Source: Gemmatimonas sp. | GTDB taxonomy: Bacteria > Gemmatimonadota > Gemmatimonadetes > Gemmatimonadales > Gemmatimonadaceae | DNA length: 64,000 bases | Reading direction: 5' to 3' | Assembly: GCF_027531815.1 (NCBI RefSeq) | Contig: NZ_JAPZSK010000011.1 | Coordinates: 4,223 to 68,222 of the forward strand | Part shown: positions 9,648-19,197 of the stretch, piece after piece | Layout of the letters: the number at the start of each line of letters is the position of its first letter | Position numbering within the stretch: position 1 is the first letter of the stretch | The notes under the pieces: model-generated | Seen by the model: only the letters and a program-made list of their open reading frames with translations | The model's database searches: none | Told to the model about the DNA's origin: nothing | Position numbers and translations under genes: made by a program

Positions 9648-10667
9648 CTACATCTGAAGCCCAGAGGCCTCGTCCAGCCCCAGCATGAGGTTCGCGTTCT
9701 GCACCGCCTGCCCCGCCGCGCCCTTCACCAGATTGTCGATGGCGCTGAACACCAGCAACGTGGGCTGTCGCATGCCGGTGGGCAGCACCGCCCCAATGCG
9801 CACCACGTTGCGATGCTGCACGTCGGCGAGGCTCGGCAAGGCGCTGGTGAGCTCCACGAACGGCTCGTTGGCGTAGGCGCGGCGATACGGCTCCAGCGCG
9901 TCGGCCAGCGGCCGCGACAGCGGCACGGTGATGGTGCTGAGGATGCCGCGATCCACCGGCAGCAGGTGCGGCGTGAACAGCAGGTCGCAGTCGGCGCCCA
10001 GGCGCTGCATGGTGGCGCGCATCTCGAAGAGGTGCCGATGCGCGTTCCCCACGCCGTAGGCACGGAAGTCTTCGGTCACCTCGGCGAAGAGCAGCTCCAG
10101 CTTGGGGCTGGCGCCGGCACCGCTCACGCCGCTCGCGGCGGCAATGCTCACCGTGCCGCCGGGGGCGATGAGCCCGGCCTTGGCCAGCGGCGCGAGCGCC
10201 ACGAGGATGCTCGTGGCGTAGCAGCCGGGGTTTGCCACCACGCGCGCGCCCTCTACATCGGCCCGGAACAGCTCCGGCATGCCATACGGGGCATCGTGCG
10301 GCACCCCCGCGGGCAGATCGTGACCGACGCCGCCGTGCCCCGGGCGCAGATCGCTCGACAGGTCCACCACCTTGGTGCCCGCCGCAATCACCCGGGCAAT
10401 CCACTCCGCACTCGCACCATGCGGCAGCGCCGCGAAGACGAGGTCCACACCCGCCAGATCGGCGGCCTCCGGGGCCACCAGCGGCACCTCGTGCACGCGG
10501 CCGTTGGCGCGCACGCGCAGCGTGGTACCGCGCTGGCTGTTGGCCGTGGCGAAGGCCAGTGCCAGCTGCGGATGCCCCAGCACAAGCGCGCACAGCTCAC
10601 GCCCGGAGTAGCCGGACGCGCCCAGCACACCCACGCGATAGGTCGGAAGAGCAGAAGACTCGGGCAC
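9648..10667 (-). CDS. argC: N-acetyl-gamma-glutamyl-phosphate reductase
   Basis: GVLGASGYSG, ALPHG, DLSSDLR, ANPGCYAT, SGVSGAG, HRH, FTPHL, IDNLVKGAAGQAVQNANL. Confidence 0.95.
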   Translation of the reverse strand: MPESSALPTYRVGVLGASGYSGRELCALVLGHPQLALAFATANSQRGTTLRVRANGRVHEVPLVAPEAADLAGVDLVFAALPHGASAEWIARVIAAGTKVVDLSSDLRPGHGGVGHDLPAGVPHDAPYGMPELFRADVEGARVVANPGCYATSILVALAPLAKAGLIAPGGTVSIAAASGVSGAGASPKLELLFAEVTEDFRAYGVGNAHRHLFEMRATMQRLGADCDLLFTPHLLPVDRGILSTITVPLSRPLADALEPYRRAYANEPFVELTSALPSLADVQHRNVVRIGAVLPTGMRQPTLLVFSAIDNLVKGAAGQAVQNANLMLGLDEASGLQM

Positions 10668-10697
10668 GAAAGCAGGAACGGAAGACGGTTGATTCGA

Positions 10698-10736
10698 TGC
10701 GACGATTTATGCAGAGTTAATGCATAATTTCTCACA
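10698..10736. promoter_or_regulatory. Tandem ARG boxes (ArgR operator) in the divergent argC/argR promoter region
   Basis: Two 18-bp boxes 3 bp apart: tgCGACGatttATGCAga-gtt-aaTGCATaattTCTCAca. Inner half-sites match the TGCAT-N4-ATGCA consensus. AT-rich patch in GC-rich DNA next to argR. Confidence 0.75.
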
Positions 10737-10840
10737 CCGGCACTGTCAATCGGCCGCCGGTGTCTCCGGTTACCGCTGGAGCAGCCCGGAGGCAGCCCCC
10801 GCGCCTCCCCTGCTCCGCGCCTCCCGAACGAGCATTTCGA

Positions 10841-11314
10841 GTGAGCGACAAACACGACCGCCACGCCGTCATCCGCGACATCGTCACCGCCCGGACCGTG
10901 GCCAGCCAGGAGGAATTGCGCCGCCAGCTCGCCACGCGCGGGTGGGATGTGACGCAGTCCACCCTGTCGCGCGACCTGCGCGAGCTGCGCCTCGCCCGCA
11001 TCCCCGACAGTCAGGGGCGTGCGCGTTACGCCTTCCCCGAGAGCGGCAACAGTAGTGGCGCCAAGGCCGAAGCACTCGCCCGGCTCGAACGCATGCTCCC
11101 CGAACTGCTCACCGGCGTGGAAGGGGTGCAGGTGCTGGTGGTGGCACGCACCATGAAAAGCGGCGCGCAGCCGGTGGCCGAAGTGCTCGACCAGCTCGAG
11201 TGGCCCGACGTGGCCGGCACCATTGCCGGCGACGACACGGTGCTGATCATCTGCCGCAGTGAGGAGGGGCGGGAGCGAGTGCTGCGCAAGCTCGGGGCGT
11301 ACATCCGGGGCTGA
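10841..11314 (+). CDS. argR: Arginine repressor
   Basis: SQEEL, VTQSTLSRDLREL, GTIAGDDTVLII. Start moved to the GTG at 10841. Confidence 0.95.
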   Translation: MSDKHDRHAVIRDIVTARTVASQEELRRQLATRGWDVTQSTLSRDLRELRLARIPDSQGRARYAFPESGNSSGAKAEALARLERMLPELLTGVEGVQVLVVARTMKSGAQPVAEVLDQLEWPDVAGTIAGDDTVLIICRSEEGRERVLRKLGAYIRG

Positions 11315-11350
11315 CGTCGCGGGTGGGCGAGAGGGCTGGCTTCGCGTGGG

Positions 11351-11450
11351 GGCAGGAAGTTTGTAGTTCGCAGTTGTAGTGGTCAGTGCTCAGTGTGCCC
11401 ACGCGTTGGCACTGACGACTGAAGCCTATCACTACGAACTGGGAACTCTC
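11351..11450. repeat. Degenerate heptamer inverted-repeat element
   Basis: agtttgt agttcgc agttgt agtggtc agtgctc agtg / tgcc-cacgcgtt-ggca / cactg acgactg...acgaact gggaact. Confidence 0.65.
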
Positions 11451-11569
11451 CGCCGTGCGCGAGAGGCCAGCCGTCCTGCCGCCCACGCGATCTCCCCTCC
11501 CCCGAACCTCCCTTGAACCCGCTCCCCAAAACTGCTCAGTTGTTCTGATCTCTCATCATCTCAATTCTG

Positions 11570-12967
11570 ATGTCCAACGACTCCGGTACGCATAAGCTCT
11601 GGGGCGGTCGCTTCGCCGGCGGCCCGTCGCCTCTGCTCGACGCCATCAATCGCTCCATCGGCACCGACTTCCGCCTCTGGCCGCACGATATCCGTCTCTC
11701 CAAGGCGTGGGCGTTGGCCCTGAGCCAAGCGGGCGTCTTCACGGCCCAGGAAGCCGAGCAGCTCCGGGCCGGTCTCGATCGTGTGGCCATGCGCATTGCC
11801 GACGGCGCGCCGCCCATCGCGACCGATGAGGACATCCACACCATGATCGACCGCCTGCTGCATGACGAGGCGGGTTCCGTGGCTTCCAAGCTGCACACCG
11901 GGCGCTCCCGCAATGACCAGGTGGCCACGGCATCGCGCCTCTGGACCATGGACGCCTGCCGCAAGCTCGACGCGGCGATTCGCGAGCTGCAGCAGGCGTT
12001 GCTCTCGCAGGCCGAGTCCATCGCCGACGCCATCCTGCCGGCGTATACCCACCTGCAGCGCGCCCAGCCGGTGAGTGGCGCGCACTGGCTGCTGTCGCAC
12101 TTCTGGCCTCTCGAGCGCGACCGCGTGCGTCTGGCCAACGCGCTGCGCAACGCCGCGGTGCTACCGCTCGGCTCCGGCGCCATTGCCGGCTCGGCCTTCC
12201 CGGTGCCGCGAAACGTGCTGCGCGACGAACTCGAGTTCGCGAGCATCTCCCCCAACAGTATCGATGCCACCGGGGACCGCGACTTCGTGGCGGAGACGCT
12301 CTTCGTGTGCACCCTCACGGCCGTGCACTGCTCGCGTATTGCCGAAGATCTCATCGTGTACGGGTCGAGCGAGTTCGGCTTCGTGAAGTTCGGCGATGGC
12401 TTCAGCACCGGCAGCAGCATGATGCCGCAGAAGCGCAATCCGGACGTCTTCGAGCTGGCGCGTGGCAGTGGCGCCCGCGTGCTGGGCGACCTTGTGTCGC
12501 TGCTGGGCACGATCAAGGGGCTGCCCAGCGGCTACAGCAAGGACCTCCAGGACGACAAGCGCGCACTGTTCAACGCCGTGGACCTGCTGCACCTGGTGCT
12601 GCCGGCCATGGCCGGGGCCATCAGCGAGCTGCGCTTCGATCGCGGCCGCATGCGCGCCGCCGTGAGCAGCGCCATGATGGCCACCGACCTGGCCGACTAT
12701 CTGGTCAAGAAGGGGGCGACCTTCCGTGAAGCGCACGGCGCGGTGGGGTCGCTCGTGCGCCAGGCGGAAGAAGCGGGCATCGAGATGACCGAACTGCCGG
12801 TCGACGCGTTCAGCAAGGCCCACGCGCTCTTCGGTGATGATGCACGCGATGCCCTCGGCGCCGAAGCGTCGCTGGCCGCGCGCAACATCGCCGGCGGCAC
12901 CGGGCCCGAGGCCGTGCGGGCGCAAATCGCCCAGGCGCACGCGGCGCTCGCGGCCCCGGCTTTGTGA
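11570..12967 (+). CDS. argH: Argininosuccinate lyase
   Basis: KLWGGRF, LHTGRSRNDQ, YTHLQRAQP, TGSSMMPQKRNPD signature, YSKDLQDDK. Confidence 0.96.
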   Translation: MSNDSGTHKLWGGRFAGGPSPLLDAINRSIGTDFRLWPHDIRLSKAWALALSQAGVFTAQEAEQLRAGLDRVAMRIADGAPPIATDEDIHTMIDRLLHDEAGSVASKLHTGRSRNDQVATASRLWTMDACRKLDAAIRELQQALLSQAESIADAILPAYTHLQRAQPVSGAHWLLSHFWPLERDRVRLANALRNAAVLPLGSGAIAGSAFPVPRNVLRDELEFASISPNSIDATGDRDFVAETLFVCTLTAVHCSRIAEDLIVYGSSEFGFVKFGDGFSTGSSMMPQKRNPDVFELARGSGARVLGDLVSLLGTIKGLPSGYSKDLQDDKRALFNAVDLLHLVLPAMAGAISELRFDRGRMRAAVSSAMMATDLADYLVKKGATFREAHGAVGSLVRQAEEAGIEMTELPVDAFSKAHALFGDDARDALGAEASLAARNIAGGTGPEAVRAQIAQAHAALAAPAL

Positions 12968-13653
12968 CGGGCGCCGGCGGCACCGCCCTGCGCTTTCGCG
13001 GACACCACTACGACGGCATCATCTTCGACTGCGATGGCGTGCTCGTGGACAGCGAGCGCATTACCAGCCGCGTGTGGGCCGGGCTACTCACGGGTATCGG
13101 CCTCCCCACCACCACCGAGCAGTCGCTCGCCACCTACCTGGGCAACAGCATGGGCCGCTGCCTGGAGATCGTGACCGAGCAGCTGGGGCACCGCCCGCCC
13201 GACACGTTGCTCGCGCGCTTCTACGACGAGGTGAAGGTGGCCCTGGCCCGCGAGGTCACCCCGGTCGAGGGCATCGTGGCGCTGCTCGATGCGCTCGATG
13301 CCGCGGGCATTGGGTACGGCGTGGCCAGCAATGGCGAACACGAGAAGATGCGCACCACGCTGGGCGCCACGGGGCTGCTGGCGCGCTTCGACGGCCGTCG
13401 CTTCAGCGCCGTGGATGTGGCACGTCCCAAGCCGGCGCCCGATCTCTTCCTGCACGCGGCCGAGGCGCTGGGATTCGAGCCGGTGCGGACGATCGTGGTG
13501 GAAGACAGCCCGCTGGGTGTGCAGGGCGCACACGCCGCCGGCATGACCGTCATTGGCTACGCCGAGTTGGTGGCCCCTGATCGCCTTCTCGCCGCGGGGG
13601 CAGTACATACGGTAGACCAGCTGCGCGAGCTGTTGCCGCTGATCGCGTCGTAA
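12964..13653 (+). CDS. HAD-superfamily hydrolase (subfamily IA), coupled to argH by a GTGA overlap
   Basis: FDCDGVLVDSE motif I, VASN, KPAPDLF, VVEDSPLG. Confidence 0.9.
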   Translation: MTGAGGTALRFRGHHYDGIIFDCDGVLVDSERITSRVWAGLLTGIGLPTTTEQSLATYLGNSMGRCLEIVTEQLGHRPPDTLLARFYDEVKVALAREVTPVEGIVALLDALDAAGIGYGVASNGEHEKMRTTLGATGLLARFDGRRFSAVDVARPKPAPDLFLHAAEALGFEPVRTIVVEDSPLGVQGAHAAGMTVIGYAELVAPDRLLAAGAVHTVDQLRELLPLIAS

Positions 13654-13697
13654 TGCCCCTGCAGCGGCGCGTGTTCCACGTCACCGCCCGCCAGCCG

Positions 13698-14261
13698 TCA
13701 GCGAAAGGCGTAGCCGATCGTCAGACGCAGTGTGGGCATGTAGTCGTTGAACTGGTCGAAGCCGGTCGGCGAGTCCTCGAGCAGGAAGTAGCGCCGCGCG
13801 CCGCCGCCCACAGTCACCGCCGTGTTGCGCTGCTTGCCGAGCAGCCACTGGTACTGCATCTCCACCGAGAAGGTGGGTGAGGTGGCGCTGCGGCGCCGAT
13901 AGGTGCACGGACTGAAGCCAACGCAGTCCACGAAGTTCACCGTGGATTGACGCCCCACGCCCACGCCGGCGGCAATGCCGAGCCCCTGCAGGGCCCGCTC
14001 CGACGGATAGAGGCGCAGCTTCACGTCGGCGTTGGCGAATCGATCATCGTCATTGTCGCCCGGCGCGAGATACGACGCCGCCACGGCCACGGACAGGTTC
14101 TCGCGCAGTCGCGATTCGAACTCGCCCTGGAAGGACCCGGCGAGCGGCAGGAACGGGTTGACCGAGATGATGCGCGTGGGCCCCTGCGCCGGCAGCACAT
14201 CGGCACGGAGCAGCAGCGCCGCCACGGCGCAGGTCACGGCTCGCGTGGCGGCCCGCCTCAC
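13698..14261 (-). CDS. Secreted small outer-membrane beta-barrel-like hypothetical protein, paralog B
   Basis: Signal peptide, alternating beta-strand pattern, ends TLRLTIGYAFR; clear similarity to the adjacent gene. Confidence 0.7.
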   Translation of the reverse strand: MRRAATRAVTCAVAALLLRADVLPAQGPTRIISVNPFLPLAGSFQGEFESRLRENLSVAVAASYLAPGDNDDDRFANADVKLRLYPSERALQGLGIAAGVGVGRQSTVNFVDCVGFSPCTYRRRSATSPTFSVEMQYQWLLGKQRNTAVTVGGGARRYFLLEDSPTGFDQFNDYMPTLRLTIGYAFR

Positions 14262-14872
14262 CGGAACGCCCAGCCAATGGTGAGCCGCCCCGTGGGAAGC
14301 ACGCGGCTGATGTCGCGTTCCCGCACGTCGGCCTCACTGAAGAAGTAGCGCTTGACGCCACCTCCCACCGTGACCGCCGTGGCGCGGGTGCGGCCAAGCA
14401 GCCACTGGTACTGTGCCTCCACGGAGAACGTGGGGGCGGTGACCTGCGCGCCGGCGAAGACTGGTGGCACGCAGTTGATCGGCGCACAGGCGCCAAAGGA
14501 GTCGGCCTGCTGGGTGCGCCCCAGCCCCACGCCGGCGGCGAGCCCCAACCCCTCGAGCGCGCGATCCTGCGGATAGAGCCGCAGCTTGATGTCGGCGTTC
14601 AGCACATTGCGGTTCCATGGCACATACGACGCGCCGATGGCCACGCTCGTGTTATCGCGCAGCTTGCGCTCGTACTCACCCTGGAAGAACCCGGCGAGCG
14701 GCATGAACGGGTTGATGGCGATGATCTGGCGCGGCGCACCACCGGGGAGATTGGCGGACTGCTCGCGCAGCGTGCCCTGCGCGACGAGAGAGGCCGGGGC
14801 GAGCAGCAAAGGCACCAGCAGGGCGGACAGGGTGCCCACCGTGGCGCGCACCGGGCGGAAGGCAGAACGCAT
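14258..14872 (-). CDS. Secreted small outer-membrane beta-barrel-like hypothetical protein, paralog A
   Basis: Start moved to the ATG at 14872. INPFMPLAGFFQGEYE, NADIKLRLYP, PTFSVEAQYQWLLG, ends TIGWAFR. Confidence 0.7.
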   Translation of the reverse strand: MRSAFRPVRATVGTLSALLVPLLLAPASLVAQGTLREQSANLPGGAPRQIIAINPFMPLAGFFQGEYERKLRDNTSVAIGASYVPWNRNVLNADIKLRLYPQDRALEGLGLAAGVGLGRTQQADSFGACAPINCVPPVFAGAQVTAPTFSVEAQYQWLLGRTRATAVTVGGGVKRYFFSEADVRERDISRVLPTGRLTIGWAFR

Positions 14873-14892
14873 GATTGATGAGGACTGGAGAA

Positions 14893-16191
14893 TCACGTGG
14901 CGTGCAGGATGGCCTTGGCGGCCATCTCGCCGCCCCGTGCGGCGCCTTCGAGTGAGCTGGAGTGCAGGGTTTCGCTGGCGCGCCAGAGCCCCTGGATACC
15001 ACACGCAATGCGGGGGCGTTGTTCCCGCCACCCGGGGGACTGCTCGTACTGCGCGTAGGGCACGCGCCACAGTGCCACCCGATCGAGCGCCAGGGCGTCG
15101 GGGGAGACGCCCCCCATGCGCGCCAGTTCGCGGCGCGCTGCCGCGTCGAGTGTCGCGTCGTCGAGATCGGCGGCCGCCCCTACCGCGGTAGCGGCGATGA
15201 GCGTGCGCCCCTGCGAGGCGTACTCGGGCGCGACGTCGGTGAGCGTCACCGCGTGCGAGAGCACGGCCTGCGGGTTGGCGTTGAGCCACAGCGCCTTGCC
15301 GGGAATGGGCGAAGTGCGGGCCGTGAAGTACAGCGTGGTGCAGCCGCGGGCGCCCGTAGGCTCGGGGAGCGACAGCCCCACCGTCTGCGCCAGCGTGGCG
15401 GCGGCCGGGGCGTCGGTGGCGAGCACCACCTGCGCGGCTTCGATCGTGGTGGCATCCTCCAGCTGGACGCCGCTCACTCGTCCGGCCGTTACCGTCAGCG
15501 CGCGCACCGCCGTGCGGGTACGCACGCTGCCGGGCGTGAGCCGCGCTGCCATCTGCTGCGTAAGCGCCCCGATGCCACCAGCCGGAATCACCGTGTCGCC
15601 GTCGGCCAGCATCTTGAAGGTGAAGAGCAGGATGCTGGCGCTGGTGGCGAGCGTGCGATCGAGCAGGATGCCACCGTAGAACGGCGCAAAGAAACCGTCG
15701 ATCACCGGCGTCCCGAACCCGCGCGCCGCGAGGAAATCACGTGTGCTGATGCCGGCGAAGCGCGGGCCGAAGCAGTCGTCGATGCTGAGCTGCTGGGCGA
15801 AGCGGCGCAGCGCGAGCAGGCGCAGCTTGTCCCCCACGCCAATGGCGCGCGCGAAGATGGTGTCGAGCAGCAGCCCCGGGTCGGCCAGCGCATCACCAAT
15901 GAGCGAGACGTGCCCGGCGCGCGCAATACGCGCCGCCGGGAGGAACTTCCGCAGCGCCAGCCGTTCGAAGTCCAGATACCGGCGCAGCGTGGGGTACGCC
16001 GTGAACAGCACCTGAAACCCGTGATCGATAATGAGCCCGTCGTGCCGGCTCGTGCGCACGCGTCCGCCCACCTCGGGGGCGGCATCGAGGACGAGCACCG
16101 CGCGCCCGGCGGCCTGCAGGTCGATGGCCGCGACCAGTCCGGCCACGCCGGCGCCGACGATGACGATGGGATTCCCGTTGGGAGCACGCAT
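14893..16191 (-). CDS. FAD-dependent oxidoreductase (flavin amine oxidase / protoporphyrinogen oxidase-like)
   Basis: IVGAGVAGLVAA dinucleotide fold, VGGRVRT, DHGFQV, SSLEGAARGG. Start moved to 16191. Confidence 0.85.
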   Translation of the reverse strand: MRAPNGNPIVIVGAGVAGLVAAIDLQAAGRAVLVLDAAPEVGGRVRTSRHDGLIIDHGFQVLFTAYPTLRRYLDFERLALRKFLPAARIARAGHVSLIGDALADPGLLLDTIFARAIGVGDKLRLLALRRFAQQLSIDDCFGPRFAGISTRDFLAARGFGTPVIDGFFAPFYGGILLDRTLATSASILLFTFKMLADGDTVIPAGGIGALTQQMAARLTPGSVRTRTAVRALTVTAGRVSGVQLEDATTIEAAQVVLATDAPAAATLAQTVGLSLPEPTGARGCTTLYFTARTSPIPGKALWLNANPQAVLSHAVTLTDVAPEYASQGRTLIAATAVGAAADLDDATLDAAARRELARMGGVSPDALALDRVALWRVPYAQYEQSPGWREQRPRIACGIQGLWRASETLHSSSLEGAARGGEMAAKAILHAT

Positions 16192-16324
16192 GCCTGCAAA
16201 GTGCACGACTGACTTCGCCGGACGCCACGGTCTCGTGGCGCCCGACAGGCGTTGGGCCAGCCGAACCGCCGACACAGCCCATCCACTACGGCGTCCGACG
16301 CGTTCCGGAACGGCCTTCCCTACA

Positions 16325-16888
16325 TCAGAACCGCACCCCGAACGTGATCGGCACGTACCGCGAACTGCCCCCGTCGCCAAACACGTTCACGAAGCGCGCT
16401 TCGGCAAAGGTGGAGAAGTCCGACAGCTGGAAGGTAAGGCCGCCACCCACCTGGAGACCAAGATTGCTGTCGACGGGGCCAACGGCCCCGCCGGAGCGCG
16501 TTATCGACGTCCTGACTCTGAAGAGACCCAGGCCGCCCAGCACATAGGGCCGGAGCATCGACGAGGACGCCTTGGGGAAGTCGTATACCACGTTCCCCAC
16601 GAAGCCGAGGGTCTGCTCAGCACCCGCGGAGCGCACGATATTCCGATAGTCCCACCGGTCGTAGCTCACATCGGCCCGGAGGCGCACCGACGGCAGCGCC
16701 GCCGGCTTGAAGAACAGGTGCCCGGTGAGGTTGTACCCGGAGTTCGCGACGTCGCCCAGATCCCCCATGGGCAGCGACAGGCCGCCACTCACGCCAACGC
16801 TCACCGAGCGCTCGGTCGATTGGGCAGGCAGGGTTGCCGGGCCCATGACGGCCGCGATCAATGCACAGGTCCGCAGTGCATGCTTCAT
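16325..16888 (-). CDS. Outer-membrane beta-barrel protein (OmpA/OmpW-like 8-strand)
   Basis: Signal peptide ending PAQ, RPYVLGGLG, GLQVGGGLTF, C-terminal YVPITFGVRF. Start at 16888. Confidence 0.8.
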   Translation of the reverse strand: MKHALRTCALIAAVMGPATLPAQSTERSVSVGVSGGLSLPMGDLGDVANSGYNLTGHLFFKPAALPSVRLRADVSYDRWDYRNIVRSAGAEQTLGFVGNVVYDFPKASSSMLRPYVLGGLGLFRVRTSITRSGGAVGPVDSNLGLQVGGGLTFQLSDFSTFAEARFVNVFGDGGSSRYVPITFGVRF

Positions 16889-16970
16889 GAAGATTCTCCA
16901 GTTCAGGTGGGGCGCACGTCGTGTCCCGCCAACGATGCGAATGCCGTACCACCGTGAACGGAGCGCGGCG

Positions 16971-17459
16971 CTATTCGGGCGACGGCTCCACGGCGGTGAC
17001 GAAATACTCCGTTTCGCCAAAGCACGAGGTGGGTACCCCGACATGCTGCTGGTAGGTCACCGTGACACGCTTACCGCTGAGCGCCGTGATGGCCGCAGCC
17101 ACGGAATCGCTGCGCACGGTGAAGGAGAAGCTGTCCGACCGGAAACCCTTGGCGATGTCCGTGTAGAGGGTCCCCTCCCAGGTTTTGCACAGCCACCCCT
17201 TCCTGGAAATCTTCTGCACGTAGCCCGCACGCGACCCTTCGGAGTAGCTCCACGAGAGTGCTGCCGCCGTCCAGATGCCGAGCCCCAGCGCCGGGAGCCC
17301 CAGCAGCACCAGTACCGTGACCGCCAGCCAGTGGCGGCGCACGAACGACGTGCGGGGTGCGGGCGGGGTGGCCTTGCCGCCCTGGGCATCCGGGGCGGCG
17401 GCCGCCGCCCCGGCACTCCCGGCGGGCGAGTCGTGTTCCTCTTGGGTTGGATCAACCAT
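16971..17459 (-). CDS. Conserved hypothetical single-pass membrane protein
   Basis: Transmembrane helix followed by [25 protein letters not shown] and CFGETEYFV; coding-like codon usage. Confidence 0.65.
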   Translation of the reverse strand: MVDPTQEEHDSPAGSAGAAAAAPDAQGGKATPPAPRTSFVRRHWLAVTVLVLLGLPALGLGIWTAAALSWSYSEGSRAGYVQKISRKGWLCKTWEGTLYTDIAKGFRSDSFSFTVRSDSVAAAITALSGKRVTVTYQQHVGVPTSCFGETEYFVTAVEPSPE

Positions 17460-17542
17460 GGCCGGAACTTGGGCGACCCTACCGGCACGCGCTAGCTTTC
17501 GCCGTCGTCCATCCCGTCACTTTCACTTGCAGGGTGCGTATC

Positions 17543-18766
17543 GTGTCGTCCTCCGCCGCAGGGTTCGGTAGCCGTCGTCCCACCGTCACGGTCACGGTGC
17601 GCGGCGTGCCCGTGGGGTCTTCTGCCCCCGTGGTGGTGCAGTCGATGACCAACACCGATACGGCTGACGCCGCCGGTACGGCCGACCAGGTGGCCGCGCT
17701 GTTCGAGGCCGGCTCGCAGAAGGTGCGCATTACCGTCAACAACGACGAGGCGGCGCAGGCGGTCCCGGAGATTCGCCAGCGGCTGGACGACCGGGGACTC
17801 GACGTGCCGCTCATCGGCGACTTCCACTACAACGGGCACCTACTGCTCACCAAGTACCCGAAGGCCGCCGCCGCCCTCGACAAGTACCGCATCAACCCCG
17901 GCAATGTCGGCACGAAGCACCGCGATACGAACTTCACCACCATCGTGCAGGCGGCCATCGATCACGACAAGCCGGTGCGCATTGGCGTGAACTGGGGTTC
18001 GCTCGACCAGAACCTGCTCACCGACATGATGGACGCCAACGCCGCGTTGGCCGCGCCGCGCGATGCGAAGGACGTGTACATGGACGCGATGCTCGAAAGC
18101 GCGCTCCGCTCGGCGGCCCTCGCCGAAGAAGTGGGGCTCGCCCACGACAAGATCATCGTGAGCGCCAAGATCTCGGTGGTCCCCGATCTCGTGGAGTGCT
18201 ACCGCCGGCTGGCCAAGCGGTGCGACTACCCGCTGCACCTCGGGCTCACCGAAGCGGGGATGGGCAACAAGGGGGTCATCGCGTCGGCAGCGGCGCTCTC
18301 GATCCTGCTCAGCGAAGGGATCGGCGACACGATTCGCGTGTCGCTCACCCCCAAGCCCGGTGGCGACCGCCGTGAAGAAGTGTTCGTGGCGCAGCAGATC
18401 CTGCAGTCGCTGGGGCTGCGTTCGTTCGCACCGCAGGTGACGGCGTGCCCGGGGTGTGGCCGCACCACCAGCACTTTCTTCCAGCGCATGGCGGAAGACA
18501 TTCAGGGCTATCTGCGCGAGCAGATGCCGGTGTGGCGCGAGTCGAAGCCCGGCGTGGTGGAGATGAAGGTGGCCGTGATGGGGTGCGTGGTGAACGGCCC
18601 GGGTGAGAGCAAGCACGCCAACATCGGCATTTCCCTCCCGGGGACGTTCGAGGAGCCCAAGGCGCCCGTGTACGTGGACGGCAGGCTGTTCACGACGCTG
18701 AAGGGGGATATGATCGTGCCGGAGTTCCTCGGCATCCTCAACGACTACGTGGCGCGCACGTATTGA
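17543..18766 (+). CDS. ispG: 4-hydroxy-3-methylbut-2-en-1-yl diphosphate synthase
   Basis: [63 protein letters not shown]. Start moved to the GTG at 17543. Confidence 0.95.
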   Translation: MSSSAAGFGSRRPTVTVTVRGVPVGSSAPVVVQSMTNTDTADAAGTADQVAALFEAGSQKVRITVNNDEAAQAVPEIRQRLDDRGLDVPLIGDFHYNGHLLLTKYPKAAAALDKYRINPGNVGTKHRDTNFTTIVQAAIDHDKPVRIGVNWGSLDQNLLTDMMDANAALAAPRDAKDVYMDAMLESALRSAALAEEVGLAHDKIIVSAKISVVPDLVECYRRLAKRCDYPLHLGLTEAGMGNKGVIASAAALSILLSEGIGDTIRVSLTPKPGGDRREEVFVAQQILQSLGLRSFAPQVTACPGCGRTTSTFFQRMAEDIQGYLREQMPVWRESKPGVVEMKVAVMGCVVNGPGESKHANIGISLPGTFEEPKAPVYVDGRLFTTLKGDMIVPEFLGILNDYVARTY

Positions 18767-18793
18767 GGCGCGACGTCCCCCCCGCCTGCACGA

Positions 18794-18865
18794 CGGGCGC
18801 CCGGCTCATGGAGCCGGACGCCCGGGCGCTCAGCGGGACGACGCTCAGCGGGACGACGCTCAGCG
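18794..18865. terminator. GC-rich hairpin plus 15-bp tandem repeat between the convergent ispG and bor genes
   Basis: cgggcgcccggctc-atg-gagccggacgcccg hairpin; (cgctcagcgggacga)x2.6 at 18827-18865. No U-tract. Confidence 0.5.
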
Positions 18866-19180
18866 CGCGACCGGCCCACTCGCGCAGGTGACCGTGGGAT
18901 GGATCGGGGTGAAGATGTTGTAGGTGAGGTTGCCGACCAGCCCGTTGAGGAAGCTGTGCTTCGTCTCGAACTTGGCAATGCCCTGTGGGCAGGTCTGCTG
19001 GGACTTGATGGTGTCGGGGGGCACGAGCCCCAGCACCCACGACTTCTGCCACGGCAGGTCGATCTTCTGCGCCGCTTCCGGCGCCCCCGAAACGACAGTG
19101 TAGTGGTAGCAGCCCGCCAGCAGGCTGACGGCGGCCACCGTGGCGAGGGTGCAAACGGAACGAGACATCCGGCTCATCAT
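18860..19180 (-). CDS. Bor/Iss family lipoprotein
   Basis: Lipobox LLAGC, WVLGL, CPQG...ET..SFLNGLVGNLTYNIFTP...VTC. Confidence 0.8.
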   Translation of the reverse strand: MMSRMSRSVCTLATVAAVSLLAGCYHYTVVSGAPEAAQKIDLPWQKSWVLGLVPPDTIKSQQTCPQGIAKFETKHSFLNGLVGNLTYNIFTPIHPTVTCASGPVAR

Positions 19181-19197
19181 GGCAAGGTCTCCCGCGA

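Noticed and set aside
7341-10667. LysW-dependent lysine pathway (lysJ, lysZ, lysY) instead of arg
   Set aside because: No lysW or lysX in the cluster; adjacent argR, argH and ARG boxes favour arginine.
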